DNA of 64,000 nt from Balanoglossus misakiensis (taxonomy: Eukaryota > Animalia > Hemichordata): the NCBI GenBank assembly GCA_040954595.2, contig CM082576.2:14263129-14327128 (forward strand), read 5' to 3'. The stretch's first letter is position 1. Each line of letters starts with the position of its first letter. Made by a program: the position numbers and the translations under genes. A model generated the notes under the pieces. That model made no database searches and was not told the origin of the DNA. It saw only the letters and a program-made list of their open reading frames with translations. This document shows, piece after piece, positions 24,147 through 37,000 of the stretch.

Positions 24147-25080
24147 TTAATGAACATGTAACTTTTGCATTTCTCATATGTAAAAAATACACATTTATCC
24201 ATGGTAAACCCTAGTGAGCTGCAAAGATCAGAAATTGCCAATAAAATACCCGAGACACATGATTATCATTCACTTTTCGTCGTTGTATCCATATGGAGGT
24301 TGCTGAAGGGGAGGGTGGTGTATTCTGGTTCCATGCCACCTTCCTCACACTCAGTGTTTGTCCAACGCAACCAGCGGCGTGCACGGGGCAGGGGACCAGA
24401 CTGAGGGTGATGAAGGGCGCCCGCTACATTCAAACAGCTTTCCAAACAACTTGGCACAATTCTAAATTTCAGAGTAGTGTTGATATAGTAAGTCAATACA
24501 GTCTATTCAATTTTACGGTGTGACCACATCTTAAACATGTCTATAATGGCCCAGATAGACTCTTCTCGTCTCACCATTGACATACTATGAGAAATCGATG
24601 GTTTCGTGATGAAGAGAAATCCATGCATTTGTGACATATTTTGCCCACTGGGTGGTGTACGAAGATGCACGTCATAAATATCCCAAACGAATAGGAATCA
24701 CCGAGATTTTCTGGTGCGACTATTTTTGTGTGTGACCATGGTTCATGGCGTAACGTTCTCGTTTACATCCACATATAATCAGTGAACAACGATATTTTTC
24801 ATATAATCTTCAGTTATTTCTATTGCAGTCGTGTGCGTCTCACTTTTGAAATAGACACCATTCTCTGTTAATTAGCAGCTTGTGGTATAGGAAGTTTATG
24901 AATACATGTACTTTCAACTGAAGGAAATTGAAACAAAAAAAACACTGAGGAAGTAAATTAATTCATCAAATGTGAATGTAGGGGCTCAACAAGGAACATT
25001 GTAAAAAGAAGAAAATTTAGTGGAAAATAAGCGGTCTGTACTAGAGTTGTTTATATATGGTACAATTGTACAATTCTCGC

Positions 25081-25197
25081 CAATCTGATTAAAATCAGAT
25101 GTAGGGAACGGCGACGTGGTTTTATTATGCTGTCGTGTGAGGCGACAGCATAATAAAACCACGTCGCCGTTCCCAACATCTGATTTTAATCAGATTG
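25081..25197. mobile_element. 117-bp foldback element (caatctgattaaaatcagatg ends), 9-bp TSD; paralogous copies 33490-33607 and 41876-41991; relatives at ~50720-50746 and ~62729-62860
   Basis: Near-perfect palindrome; TSD agttctcgc is perfect in the 41.9-kb copy. Confidence 0.8.
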
Positions 25198-25571
25198 AGT
25201 TCTCGCTTACCGCTGACATGTTGCATTTGTTTGAGAGGTTACTCGTGGTCAAGGTCATAATTGTAGAAGTGATTGACGGTAATATCAGCGCCACCTTCCA
25301 CTCTTTCCATACACAGATTTTGGGGCAACTATTTCTTCCAGCAAGAGCATGCGGGAGGGTCACATTTTTTAAAGTCGAATCCTAATTTTTACCACCCCTC
25401 ATCCCCCCCCCCACACCGAAAAAAAAGTCTGTACAGGTCTTGCTTTTTATTGCCCCTGATCTTATATTTTCAATTGCAGGGTCCTGGGGGTTAAAACAGA
25501 ACAGTGACACAGAACACATTTTATTGTTTATTACCCAAACTATTCCCATTTATTTCTTTTTCAAACAACAT

Positions 25572-25681
25572 CTAATTAAGCAAGAACCCATACTCGCCGG
25601 TGTCGCCTAACTCGAGGACGTAAGAGTATTTGGCGTTGATGACTCCGTACGCCCAGTCCAGACTGGAACCAGCAGACAAAT
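25572..25681 (-). pseudogene. Orphan duplicate of carboxypeptidase exon 10, 3'-deleted
   Basis: [35 protein letters not shown]; homologous to 42584-42481; last ~28 codons deleted; only ~390 bp of intron 9 present upstream. Confidence 0.9.
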
Positions 25682-27277
25682 CTGGAATTTGCCCAGAAGG
25701 AGGATTGAGTAGGGCAATGCATACAATATATGTTACAAGGACACAATCATACGTTTGGTAGACTGCATGCAAGATTCAGTCGGACGGCGTATTTGTAAAG
25801 GGTCGCACGCAGTGACCCGGAGCGCCCGCACGCGACTGAATCTTTCAGTCCAGCGATTGGGTAAACTTTAAAATTCTCAACAGGACACATGGACTATGCA
25901 CGGCAGCATCTCGGTACCCAGTCTGTTGGGGTTTGCAATAAAGATATCTCAAATACAGGTAAATATTTTAGTAATAAATAATTATCTCCCATTTTATTAA
26001 CATGCAATTACATTTGTATCACAAACTAAATTCCAACGTTATTGAAATTGGCAGAGGTGGTTTTCTTGTACAACAATGTACATGAGATCAATTACACAGT
26101 CATTATGCACGATGACCACTCCCAAATAAACAACTATACAAACACACGTTAATCCGAACCCCCGGTCTTTCCGCACCGGGGTTTAAATTATACCACAGGG
26201 CGAAGGAGGCATGAATTGCAATTAAGATAATAAAGAAATTTCGACAATGATACTATGTTGTGTGAGTTACATGTGTTTCTATATATAACTACTACTTTTT
26301 GTCTTATTACCCCCATCAGTGTTTGACCCTCGAAAGCTTACGGACACTACCAAATAGGCCTGCTTTGTTTCAACTAAGGGCCTGGTCAGAATTAACAGGG
26401 GGGAAGGCTAGTGCGATTTGAAATCTGAATGCATGAAAAATACTGACCCTCCACTAATTTCTTGCAAAAAAAAATGCTGACCCTCCCCCTTCTCCATGAA
26501 CAAAATCAAGTGACCCTCCCCACAGTACGTGAAATATCCCATGATTCATTCTGATTTGTACAATCAGAGATTACTCAGTCAAACCAGGAAAAGTTCACAT
26601 GTGTAGAGAAAATTGTAGACCACTAAACAGCGCTCCCATGAAAAGATTTTGAAACTGATGTATTCCCTTATATCAGTGGGTATTCTGTGTTGGCAGATAT
26701 TGTAAACCGAAAATTGAATGGGGTTGGTTTGTTAGAAAATTTTATAAAATACAGAGCTCAAAAGTGCATTTTAATGAACCAAAAAGCAAATTAACTCAAC
26801 TACCTATATGTTGGGGAGGGTAAATTTAACCTTCGCCGGGGGGGGGGGGGGGGGGGCAAGTCCCCTGACCTGGGACGTTAGATAAACCAGTCAATGATTG
26901 AAAGGTGTTGATGAATGAAGGGGGTGTGTGTGGGAGGGGGTGTCCCCTCCCACATTAGAAAAAAAGAATTATGAAGGGTTCAAAACTGCATATTTGAGGA
27001 CTCAAAACATTTTCGGTGTCACCTTGCAAAACGTTAGGCGATTACATGTACTAGTTATTATATGTACACGTTTGATGAACACCAAATTATTTCAATACCA
27101 ATCCCAACGCCAAAAAATGCTTAGAGATTCAATCGTAGATCCTAGAACCGTGCTGTGGTGAGCTGTACGAGTACACTGGATTGGTTATTTTTAGACTCCC
27201 AGCGGAAAACTTTGAATTTGCATGACCAAACATTATGATAATTACCTCATTGGTTTAATGGTTTGTATGCCAAATAG

Positions 27278-27391
27278 TAGTCTCGGTTACCCAGACTCTC
27301 TTACTCTTTCTCTCGTCTCAAGAGGACGCTGCGGAGAAAGCGCCCTCTTGAGACGAGAGAAAGAGTAAGAGAGTCTGGGTAACCGAGACTA
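27278..27391. mobile_element. 114-bp foldback element, 9-bp TSD (AcademH-like); duplicate at 35690-35803; longer relative starts at 14277
   Basis: tagtctcggttacccagactctcttactc...gagtaagagagtctgggtaaccgagacta; TSD gccaaatag. Confidence 0.88.
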
Positions 27392-28117
27392 GCCAAATAG
27401 GAGAAACATCATGCGTAATCCAGGGTCATGACCTTTTTGTCAGTGTTGACACAGTGGAGGGACTGTGGTGTAGACTAGCGCATTGCGTTTCGACCTCAAA
27501 CCATCTCAAACTGATAATCATACGATCTGGTTAAAATCTGATGTTGTGATAGACACTGCTGTTCCTCTATTTACCTCTACTTGTTTTAGAGAACTTTCGT
27601 TGTTTCGCTGTTTCGCAAAGTATAACTAGCCACATTGGGTATTCAATTTGAAGTCGAACAAGAACATTTCTATCATGGCGACCACCCCTCGAGGAGTATG
27701 GTACAAACCACAAAACTCTTCACTGACGCACCAACTGTTTAGCAAAGCAGAAGCCTGCATTGAAGCCTACATGGTGTTGTGAAGCGGGCACACATATGCA
27801 ATCAGACCGTAAGCCTGCTATGGACGGCGAGAGGGGCTGTGAGAGAGTCTAGTTCAAACCTATTCTCTTTTATACGTCGTTCACCGGAGCAGTCGTCCGT
27901 GTGGTAGAGCCGTGTATTCACGCTGAAGTAGGGACAGGGGTTGGCGATAACTGGAAATCAGGATTTTTGAGGTTAGTAGGCTGTGGAAGTATGATCGCTT
28001 GTTACATGGGGAGAAATGTCGGGCAGTCCAGCTGTACTAATCATTTGTAGGGTGCTTCGTGACGTAATGCTGCGAACAACACTGTCAACCTAGCACCCGC
28101 TACAATCGTTGTTGCTG

Positions 28118-28229
28118 CAGTTTGCAGCCCCTCCATCTCCCCTGGACGATTTTTGGTTTTGCGGGGAGAGCCCGCCCTCTCCCCGCAAAACCAAAAATCG
28201 TCCAGGGGAGATGGAGGGGCTGCAAACAA
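28118..28229. mobile_element. ~112-bp foldback insertion; duplicate at 36530-36639
   Basis: gtttgcagcccctccatctcccctggacg...cgtccaggggagatggaggggctgcaaac; absent from the paralogous site acaatcgttgcagctgcg at ~17785; flanking duplication degenerate. Confidence 0.8.
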
Positions 28230-29194
28230 TTCGTTGCAGCTGCGTGCCACAATGGTGTCTATGATCTTTTCTGTGACAGTAGGCCTCTGAAGTTCGATTC
28301 TTCAACTGTGACCGTGGTTTGTCAAACCCACAGTTGCGTGCATGCTCGATAGCACTGTCCGGTGGGTAGTCGTGATCCCCACCGTAGTCATGGAGAGACG
28401 TTTTCCCCATTTCATTAACAACATTATACACTGAGAGCAATTAGTTAGTATGCCCCTGCAAAACGTCCATGATATCACAGAAAGAACCACATATTTAATC
28501 AGAATTATTTTGTACAGAAGACAACATCTAATATTTCTCACACTCCTGGCCGCTGGGAGTGTGGGCTCAAATCGACCCCACACTGTGTTAATGCGCACTC
28601 AGACAACTGTTATCTGACACGAGCTCTGATTGGATAATGATATATGTACCCCTCAGAACGAGCAAATATCATCCAATTGTGTGATGTGTTGTACATGAAC
28701 CGGAACTACAATGTGATCAGGTCATGTGCAGACTACAGTTCTGGTGGTTGGCGACAGACTCCCAAAAAAAAAAAAAAAACAGTTGTATTTTCTAGATATC
28801 CTGCGAATTTATGCCACCCGAAACAATCTCCATATTTTAATGTGTTAAGCATTTTTGTAGCATGTGCGTACTGTAAACTCGTGACGAAATGGGGACTATG
28901 TTTTGCGGGGCGGATCAATATATGACCGGTCATGCGGTTATCAGTGGGTATTTTACTGATTTAGTTCTTTTATTGTAAATAAACGTGAATATTGCAAATT
29001 TGTGGTTGTGTGAGAAATTGAATCTCACACACCAAGGACCTGGGATCATATTTCTCACACTCGTCAGGGATATTTTGTCCCACAGTTGCCTGTGGCTCGT
29101 GTGGGACAAAGAATCCCCAACTCGTGTGAGAAATACGATCCCATACCCTTTGGAGTGTGAAATTCTATTAGTCCCATAGCTTCATGTCTTTAAC

Positions 29195-29820
29195 TTTTTA
29201 GCTCTGCTGTCACTTGTGTCAGCCGAGCTGTAGCAGTAGGTTGACAAGTGTCCGTCCGTCCGGCGTCAGTCGTCCGTCAACTTTTGGTATTTCAATCTTC
29301 TTCTTTTAAACAGCTTGGCATATTTAGCTGAAATTTGGTAGGAATGTGTGTTATGGTGCCCCTATCTGATTTTGTTAATTTGGATATGATGGGGTCATAA
29401 ATATGCAAATTAGATCTAAAAATAGAATCTTTGGTAAAAAATCTTCTTCTCCCTAACTACATGTACGATGGAGCTGAAATTTAGTAGGAATGTGTGTTAT
29501 GGTGCCCCTACCTGATTTTGTTAATTTGGATATGAAGGGGTCATAAATATGCAAAGTAGATCTAAAAATAGAATATTTGGTCAAAAATCTTCTTCTCCAA
29601 AACTACATGTACAATGGAGCTGACATTTGGTATAATCACTTTCACAAACAGCTAATCACAATAATTATATGCTCAAAACTTTCTACATGTATGTACACAA
29701 ACAACAAAGCAATGTGCTCACCCATGCAATTGTTATGAATTAAAACCTTGGGTATTCATATCATTGCCCAGGTTACACTGTTAAAGTCAGCAGAGCTCTT
29801 TTGACCGACAGGTCACTTGT
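29195..29820 (+). mobile_element. Helentron-associated non-autonomous element (HINE/DINE-1-like); duplicate at 37604-38229
   Basis: T-rich start ttttagctctgctg, subterminal IR agctctgctg/cagcagagct, (gtcc)n tract, 146-bp internal tandem repeat (29326, 29472, 29618), 3' stem-loop tgaccgacaggtca then cttgt; no TSD; empty site at ~18740. Confidence 0.8.
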
Positions 29821-29959
29821 AATTAATATGGTGCAAAAATCAACAAGAAAAGAAGAAAACCTGTAATTAACGAGTTTATAATGTGTAAACACGCAAAACA
29901 GGGATGGTCATCATCTGGTTTATTGAAAGCCAATAAAGCATCATTATATCCATATGCAG

Positions 29960-29989
29960 GGTTGTAATCTGACCTAGAGGCTAGGGAGA
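29960..29989 (+). other. Putative 30-nt non-coding micro-exon upstream of the ZNF coding exon (also 21268-21297, 38369-38398, and 5025-7510 split by a transposon)
   Basis: cag|ggttgtaatctgacctagaggctagggaga|gtatgt (gtaagt in paralogue 1), followed by an 82-93 nt intron ending tcctttgcag; stops in all three frames. Confidence 0.5.
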
Positions 29990-30235
29990 GTATGTGAGAA
30001 TATGGTTATAGTGTAGCTGCATAAAATTGCATCTGGTTGTATGTCCTTATGATTCTAAAATTCCTTTGCAGGAATTGATTGACCGGGCTCACCCAATTTG
30101 CAAACGAGGATACAGAAGCAGAAAGACGGCACGGCGTATACATGAAAACATTGCAAGTTCATGAAGATTTACTACAGATATCCCATGAGTGTCTGACTGG
30201 ACGCAGGAGGATTTCTGGTCGCGGAAAGTTCACAA

Positions 30236-31276
30236 ATGGAAGTTAATCACCGAATCCCCGCTAACGAAAAGTCTTATGAATGCAAAGTATGCGGAAAATG
30301 TTTCTCCCAGAAAGGCAACTTAAAAGTCCATCAACGAATCCATACCAATGAAAAACCATATGAATGCAAGATATGTGGTAAATGTTTCTCCAACGGTTCA
30401 CATTTAAAAGTCCATCAACAGATCCATACCAAAGAAAAGCCACATGAATGCAAGATATGTGGTAAATGTTTCTCCCAGAAAGGCAACTTAAAAGTCCATC
30501 AACAGCTCCATACCAAAGAAAAGCCACATGAATGCAAGATATGTGGTAAATGTTTCTCCCAGAAAGGCAACTTAAAAGTCCATCAACAGCTCCATACCAA
30601 TGAAAAGCCACATGAATGCAAGATATGTGGTAAATGTTTCTCCCAGGGTTCAAGTTTAAAAGTCCATCAACGGATCCATACCAAAGAAAAGCCACATGAA
30701 TGCAAGATATGTGGTAAATGTTTCTCCCACGGTCCAAGTTTGAAATGCCATCAACGGATCCATACCAAAGAAAAGCCACATGAATGCAAGATATGTGGTA
30801 AATGTTTCTCAACGAATGGAAACTTAACAGTACACTTGAGAGTCCATACCAATGAAAAGCCACATGAATGCATGATATGTGGTAAATGTTTCTCCCAGGG
30901 TTCACATTTAAAAGTCCATCAACGGATCCATACCAAAGAAAAGCCACATGAATGCAAGATATGTGGTAAATGTTTCTCAACGAATGGGAACTTAACAGTA
31001 CACTTGAGACTCCATACTAATGAAAAGCCACATGAATGCAAGATATGTGGTAAATGTTTCTCCCAGGGTGCAAGTTTAAAAGTCCATCAACGGATCCATA
31101 CCAATGAAAAGCCACATGAATGCAAGATATGTGGTAAATGTTTCTCCCAGGGTTCAAGTTTAAAACACCATCAACAGATCCATACCAAAGAAAAGCCACA
31201 TGAATGCAAGATATGTGGTAAATGCTTCTCCAGAAGTTCAAGTTTAAAACACCATCAACTGATCCATACCATTTAA
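30236..31276 (+). CDS. C2H2 zinc-finger protein, paralogue 3 (346 aa, 12 fingers)
   Basis: Intact tandem finger ORF; acceptor at 30071. Confidence 0.9.
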   Translation: MEVNHRIPANEKSYECKVCGKCFSQKGNLKVHQRIHTNEKPYECKICGKCFSNGSHLKVHQQIHTKEKPHECKICGKCFSQKGNLKVHQQLHTKEKPHECKICGKCFSQKGNLKVHQQLHTNEKPHECKICGKCFSQGSSLKVHQRIHTKEKPHECKICGKCFSHGPSLKCHQRIHTKEKPHECKICGKCFSTNGNLTVHLRVHTNEKPHECMICGKCFSQGSHLKVHQRIHTKEKPHECKICGKCFSTNGNLTVHLRLHTNEKPHECKICGKCFSQGASLKVHQRIHTNEKPHECKICGKCFSQGSSLKHHQQIHTKEKPHECKICGKCFSRSSSLKHHQLIHTI

Positions 31277-33986
31277 ATGCCGCATGAATGCAAAACATGT
31301 GATAAACTGTTTCTCAAGGAATGGGCACTTGAGAGAACACTTGAAAGCCAGTAACTATGAAAAGCCCCATGGATGCAAGACATGTGATTAACGTGTATCC
31401 GTCATTGTGCATTTCAAAGAGAGACTTTGTACCCTTAAAGGGGAAATCCGTTGTAGCTGATTTCCACATAATTTGGTAGCTTTGAGGTCTCTCTTTCAGA
31501 AAAAAACATTCGCCATGTATAAGTCGCGCGATTTTTTTACAAAGTCGAGGGAAAGTTGGCAGAAATTCCAATATGGCGTTTACTGTAATTTGAATCATGG
31601 GAAAAAGCGCCAGGACCAACTTCCGCCCACCTTGGTGTGGGTGATACCATTTTCCGATTGGTGTCACTGGGCGATAGACTAGGCGTATTTTCATAGCTAT
31701 TGAACAAACAATCGGGTAGCTCGTCTCACACGCATGCGCCAACTGTAGCCGCTGGTTACAGACGTTTAGTGAACAGTCAATCCCATAAGGCAGTGCTCAC
31801 ACAAGATGGCGGCGACCATAATCTGTGTTGGAGATCGGGAAAAGACACTACCTTGGGTGAAAAGGAAGGACAAAACCAGAATCTACTTATACAGTGCGCA
31901 TGAAACATGGAAGGAAGCGAAGGCAGTCCACTATTTGAATGCATCGAACGGAAAATTTGCTGGGAAGTTACGCGCATGCGTGTTTGACGAGCTACCCGCT
32001 TTAAAGGAACCTGGCTTTAAGGGGACAAAGTCTCTCTTTTTGAAATTTCCCATGGATTTAGTTTGATATGAAAAAAAAAAACAGTCCATGTTGTTTGACT
32101 ACTTGGATCATGCTGAAATACTGGCCAACTGTACATAATATCTACAATGCTTGTAGACAGGCAAGATTTAACTTTCAGTGAAACAATTTCTGATCTGAAC
32201 CATGTACTAATATTCACTTGTAAACACTTTTTGTCCATGTACTTGACTAATAGACCAGTGTTGCATAAGGTTTAAAGACCACATGTTGGCCATTGATAAG
32301 GATAACAGCGTTTACATACTCTGTAGTATTTTTTATATTCTGTAGGAAACAAATTGTTATTAAGTAGGCATTTGGTGCAGGGGTCACAAACAAAATTATT
32401 TCTTTACACACAGCAAACTCTGTGTTTGTTTCTGCAATATACGAATAAATCTTTTTAAGTCATGACACACATTTTTAGTTCACTGAGAGACTTTATGCAG
32501 ACATTCCATGTACCAGTATTCTTGTTATCACAAATAGATCAAAAACAGATTCTTTGTCCCTTTAATGTACATGTAACTTTTGCATTTCTCATCTGTAAAA
32601 AATACACATTTATCCATGGTAAACCCCATGAGCTGCAAAGATCAGAAATTGCCAATAAAATACCCGAGACACATGATTATCATTCACTTTTTGTCGTTGT
32701 ATCCATATGGAGGTTGCTGAAGGGGAGGGTGGTGTATTCTGGTTCCCTGCCACCTTCCTCACGCTCAGTGTTTGTCCAACGCCAGCAGCGGCGTGCATGG
32801 GGCAGGGGACCAGACTAAAGGGTGATGAAGGGCGCCCGCTACATTCAAACAGCTTTCCAAACAACTTGGCACAATTCTAAATTTCAGAATAGTGTTGAAA
32901 TACTATAGTCAATACAGTCTATTCAATTTTACGGTGTGACCACATCTTAAACATGTCTATAATCGCCCAGATAGACTCTTCTCGTCTCACCGTTGACATA
33001 CTATGAGAAATCGATGGTTTCGTGATGAAGAGAAATCCATGCATTTGTGACATATTTTGCCCACTGGGTGGTGTACGAAGATGCACGTCTTAAATATCCC
33101 AAACGAATAGGAATCACCGAGATTTTCTGGTGCGACTATTTTTGTGTGTGACCATGGTTCCTGGCGTAACGTTCTCGTTTACACCCACATATAATCAGTA
33201 AACAACGATATTTTTCATATAATCTTCAGTTATTTCCATTGCAGTCGTGTGCGTCTTACTTTTGAAATTGACTCCATTCTCTGTTAATTAGTAGCTTGTG
33301 GTATAGGAAGTTTATGAATACTTTCAACTGAAGGAAATTGAAACAAAAAAAAACACTGGAAGTAAATTAATTCATCAAATGTGAATGTAGGGGCTCAACA
33401 AGGAACATTGTAAAAAGAAGAAAATTTAGTGGAAAATAAGCGGTCTGTACTAGAGTTGTTTATATATGGTACAATTGTACAATTCTCGCCAATCTGATTA
33501 AAATCAGATGTAGGGAACGGCGACGTGGTTTTATTATGCTCTCGCCTCACACGACAGCATAAAAAAACACACGTCGCCGTTCCCTACATCTGATTTTAAT
33601 CAGATTGAGTTCTCGCTTACCGCTGACATGTTGCATTTGTTTGAGAGGTTACTCGTGGTCAAGGTCATAATTGTAGAAGTGATTGACGGTAATATCAGCG
33701 CCACCTTCCACTCTTTCCATACACAGATTTTGGGGCAACTATTTCTTCCAGCAAGAGCATGCGGGAGGGTCACATTTTTTAAGGTCGAATCCTAATTTTT
33801 ACCACCCCTCATCCCCCCCCCCCCCCCACACCGAAAAAAAAGTCTGTACAGGCCTTGCTTTTTATTGCCCCTGATCTTATATTATCAATTGCAGGGTCCT
33901 GGGGGTTAAAACAGAACAGTGACACAGAACACATTTTATTGTTTATTACCCAAACTATTCCCATTTATTTCTTTTTCAAACAACAT

Positions 33987-34096
33987 CTAATTAAGCAAGA
34001 ACCCATACTCGCCGGTGTCGCGTAACTCGAGGACGTAAGAGTATTTGGCGTTGATGACTCCGTACGCCCAGTCCAGACTGGAACCAGCAGACAAAT
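33987..34096 (-). pseudogene. Second orphan duplicate of carboxypeptidase exon 10, with the same 3' deletion
   Basis: [35 protein letters not shown]; junction caacatctaattaagcaagaac identical to the 25.57-kb copy. Confidence 0.9.
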
Positions 34097-37000
34097 CTGG
34101 AATTTGCCCAGAAGGAGGATTGAGTAGGGCAATGCATACAATATATGTTACAAGGACACAATCATACGCTTGGTAGACTGCATGCAAGATTCAGTCGGAC
34201 GGTGTATTTGTAAAGGGTCGCACGCAGTGACCCGGAGCGCCCGCACGCGACTGAATCTTTCAGTCCAGCGATTGGGTAAACTTTAAAATTCTCAACAGGA
34301 CACATGGACTATGCACGGCAGCATCTCGGTACCCAGTCAGTTGGGGTTTGCAATAACGATATCTCAAATACAGGTAAATATTTTAGTAATAAATAATTAT
34401 CTCCCATTTTATTAACATGCAATTACATTTGTATCACAAACTAAATTCCAACGTTATTGAAATTGGCAGAGGTGGTTTTTCTGTACATGAGATCAATTAC
34501 ACAGTCATTATGCACGATGACCACTCCCAAATAAACAACTATACAAACACACGTTAATCCGAACCCCCGGTCTTTCCGCACCGGGGTTTAAATTATACCA
34601 CAGGGCGAAGGAGGCATGAATTGCAATTAAGATAATAAAGAAATTTCGACAATGATACTATGTTGTGTGAGTTACATGTGTTTCTATATATAACTACTAC
34701 TTTTTGTCTTATTACCCCCATCAGTGTTTGACCCTCGAAAGCTTACGGACACTACCAAATAGGCCTGCTTTGTTTCAACTAAGGGCCTGGTCAGAATTAA
34801 CAGGGGGAAGGCTAGTGCGATTTGAAATCTGAATGCATGAAAAATACTGACCCTCCACTAATTTCTTGCAAAAAAAATGCTGACCCTCCCCCTTCTCCAT
34901 GAACAAAATCAAGTGACCCTCCCCACAGTACGTGAAATATCCCATGATTCATTCTGATTTGTACAATCAGAGATTACTCAGTCAAACCAGGCAAAGTTCA
35001 CATGTGTAGAGAAAATTGTAGACCACTAAACAGCGCTCCCATGAAAAGATTTTGAAACTGATGTATTCCCTTATATCAGTGGGTATTCTGTGTTGGCAGA
35101 TATTGTAAACCGAAAATTGAATGGGGTTGGTTTGTTAGAAAATTTTATAAAATACAGAGCTCAAAAGTGCATTTTAATGAACCAAAAAGCAAATTAACTC
35201 AACTACCTATATGTTGGGGAGGGTAAATTTAACCTTCGCCGCTCAAAGTTAGCATGGGGGGGGGGGGGCAAGTCCCCTGACCTGGGACGTTAGATAAACC
35301 AGTCAATGATTGAAAGGTGTTGATGAATGAAGGGGGTGTGTGTGGGAGGGGGTGTCCCCTCCCACATTAGAAAAAAAGAATTATGAAGGGTTCAAAACTG
35401 CATATTTGAGGACTCAAAACATTTTCGGTGTCACCTTGCAAAACGTTAGGCGATTACATGTACTAGTTATTATATGTACACGTTTGATGAACACCAAATT
35501 ATTTCAATACCAATCCCAACGCCAAAAAATGCTTAGAGATTCAATCGTAGATCCTAGAACCGTGCTGTGGTGAGCTGTACGAGTACACTGGATTGGTTAT
35601 TTTTAGACTCCCAGCGGAAAACTTTGAATTTGCATGACCAAACATTATGATAATTACCTCATTGGTTTAATGGTTTGTATGCCAAATAGTAGTCTCGGTT
35701 ACCCAGACTCTCTTACTCTTTCTCTCGTCTCAAGAGGGCGCTGCGGAGAAAGCGCCCTCTTGAGACGAGAGAAAGAGTAAGAGAGTCTGGGTAACCGAGA
35801 CTAGCCAAATAGGAGAAACATCATGCGTAATCCAGGGTCATGACCTTTTTGTCAGTGTTGACACAGTGGAGGGACTGTGGTGTAGACTAGCGCATTGCGT
35901 TTCGACCTCAAACCATCTCAAACTGATAATCATACGATCTGGTTAAAATCTGATGTTGTGATAGACACTGCTGTTCCTCTATTTACCTCTACTTGTTTTA
36001 GAGAACTTTCGTTGTTTCGCTGTTTCGCAAAGTATAACTAGCCACATTGGGTATTCAATTTGAAGTCGAACAAGAACATTTCTATCATGGCGACCACCCC
36101 TCGAGGAGTATGGTACAAACCACAAAACTCTTCACTGACGCGCCAACTGTTTAGCAAAGCAGAAGCCTGCATTGAAGCCTACATGGTGTTGTGAAGCGGG
36201 CACACATATGCAATCAGACCGTAAGCCTGCTATGGACGGCGAGAGGGGCTGTGAGAGAGTCTAGTTCAAACCTATTCTCTTTTATACGTCGTTCACCGGA
36301 GCAGTCGTCCGTGTGGTAGAGCCGTGTATTCACGCTGAAGTAGGGACAGGGGTTGGCGATAACTGGAAATCAGGATTTTTGAGGTTAGTAGGCTGTGGAA
36401 GTATGATCGCTTGTTACATGGGGAGAAATGTCGGGCAGTCCAGCTGTACTAATCATTTGTAGGGTGCTTCGTGACGTAATGCTGCGAACAACACTGTCAA
36501 CCTAGCACCCGCTACAATCGTTGTTGCTGCAGTTTGCAGCCCCTCCATCTCCCCTGGACGATTTTTGGTTTTGCGGGGAGAGCGCCCTCTGCCCGCAAAA
36601 CCAAAAATCGTCCAGGGGAGATGGAGGGGCTGCAAACAATTCGTTGCAGCTGCGTGCCACAATGGTGTCTATGATCTTTTCTGTGACAGTAGGCCTCTGA
36701 AGTTCGATTCTTCAACTGTGACCGTGGTTTGTCAAACCCACAGTTGCGTGCATGCTCGATAGCACTGTCCGGTGGGTAGTCGTGATCCCCACCGTAGTCA
36801 TGGAGAGACGTTTTCCCCATTTCATTAACAACATTATACACTGAGAGCAATTAGTTAGTATGCCCCTGCAAAACGTCCATGATATCACAGAAAGAACCAC
36901 ATATTTAATCAGAATTATTTTGTACAGAAGACAACATCTAATATTTCTCACACTCCTGGCCGCTGGGAGTGTGGGCTCAAATCGACCCCACACTGTGTTA

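Noticed and set aside
22779-24523. Short ORFs repeated after ZNF2, ZNF3 and ZNF4
   Set aside because: They lie in MITEs or 3' flank; recurrence reflects segmental duplication, and indels differ between copies
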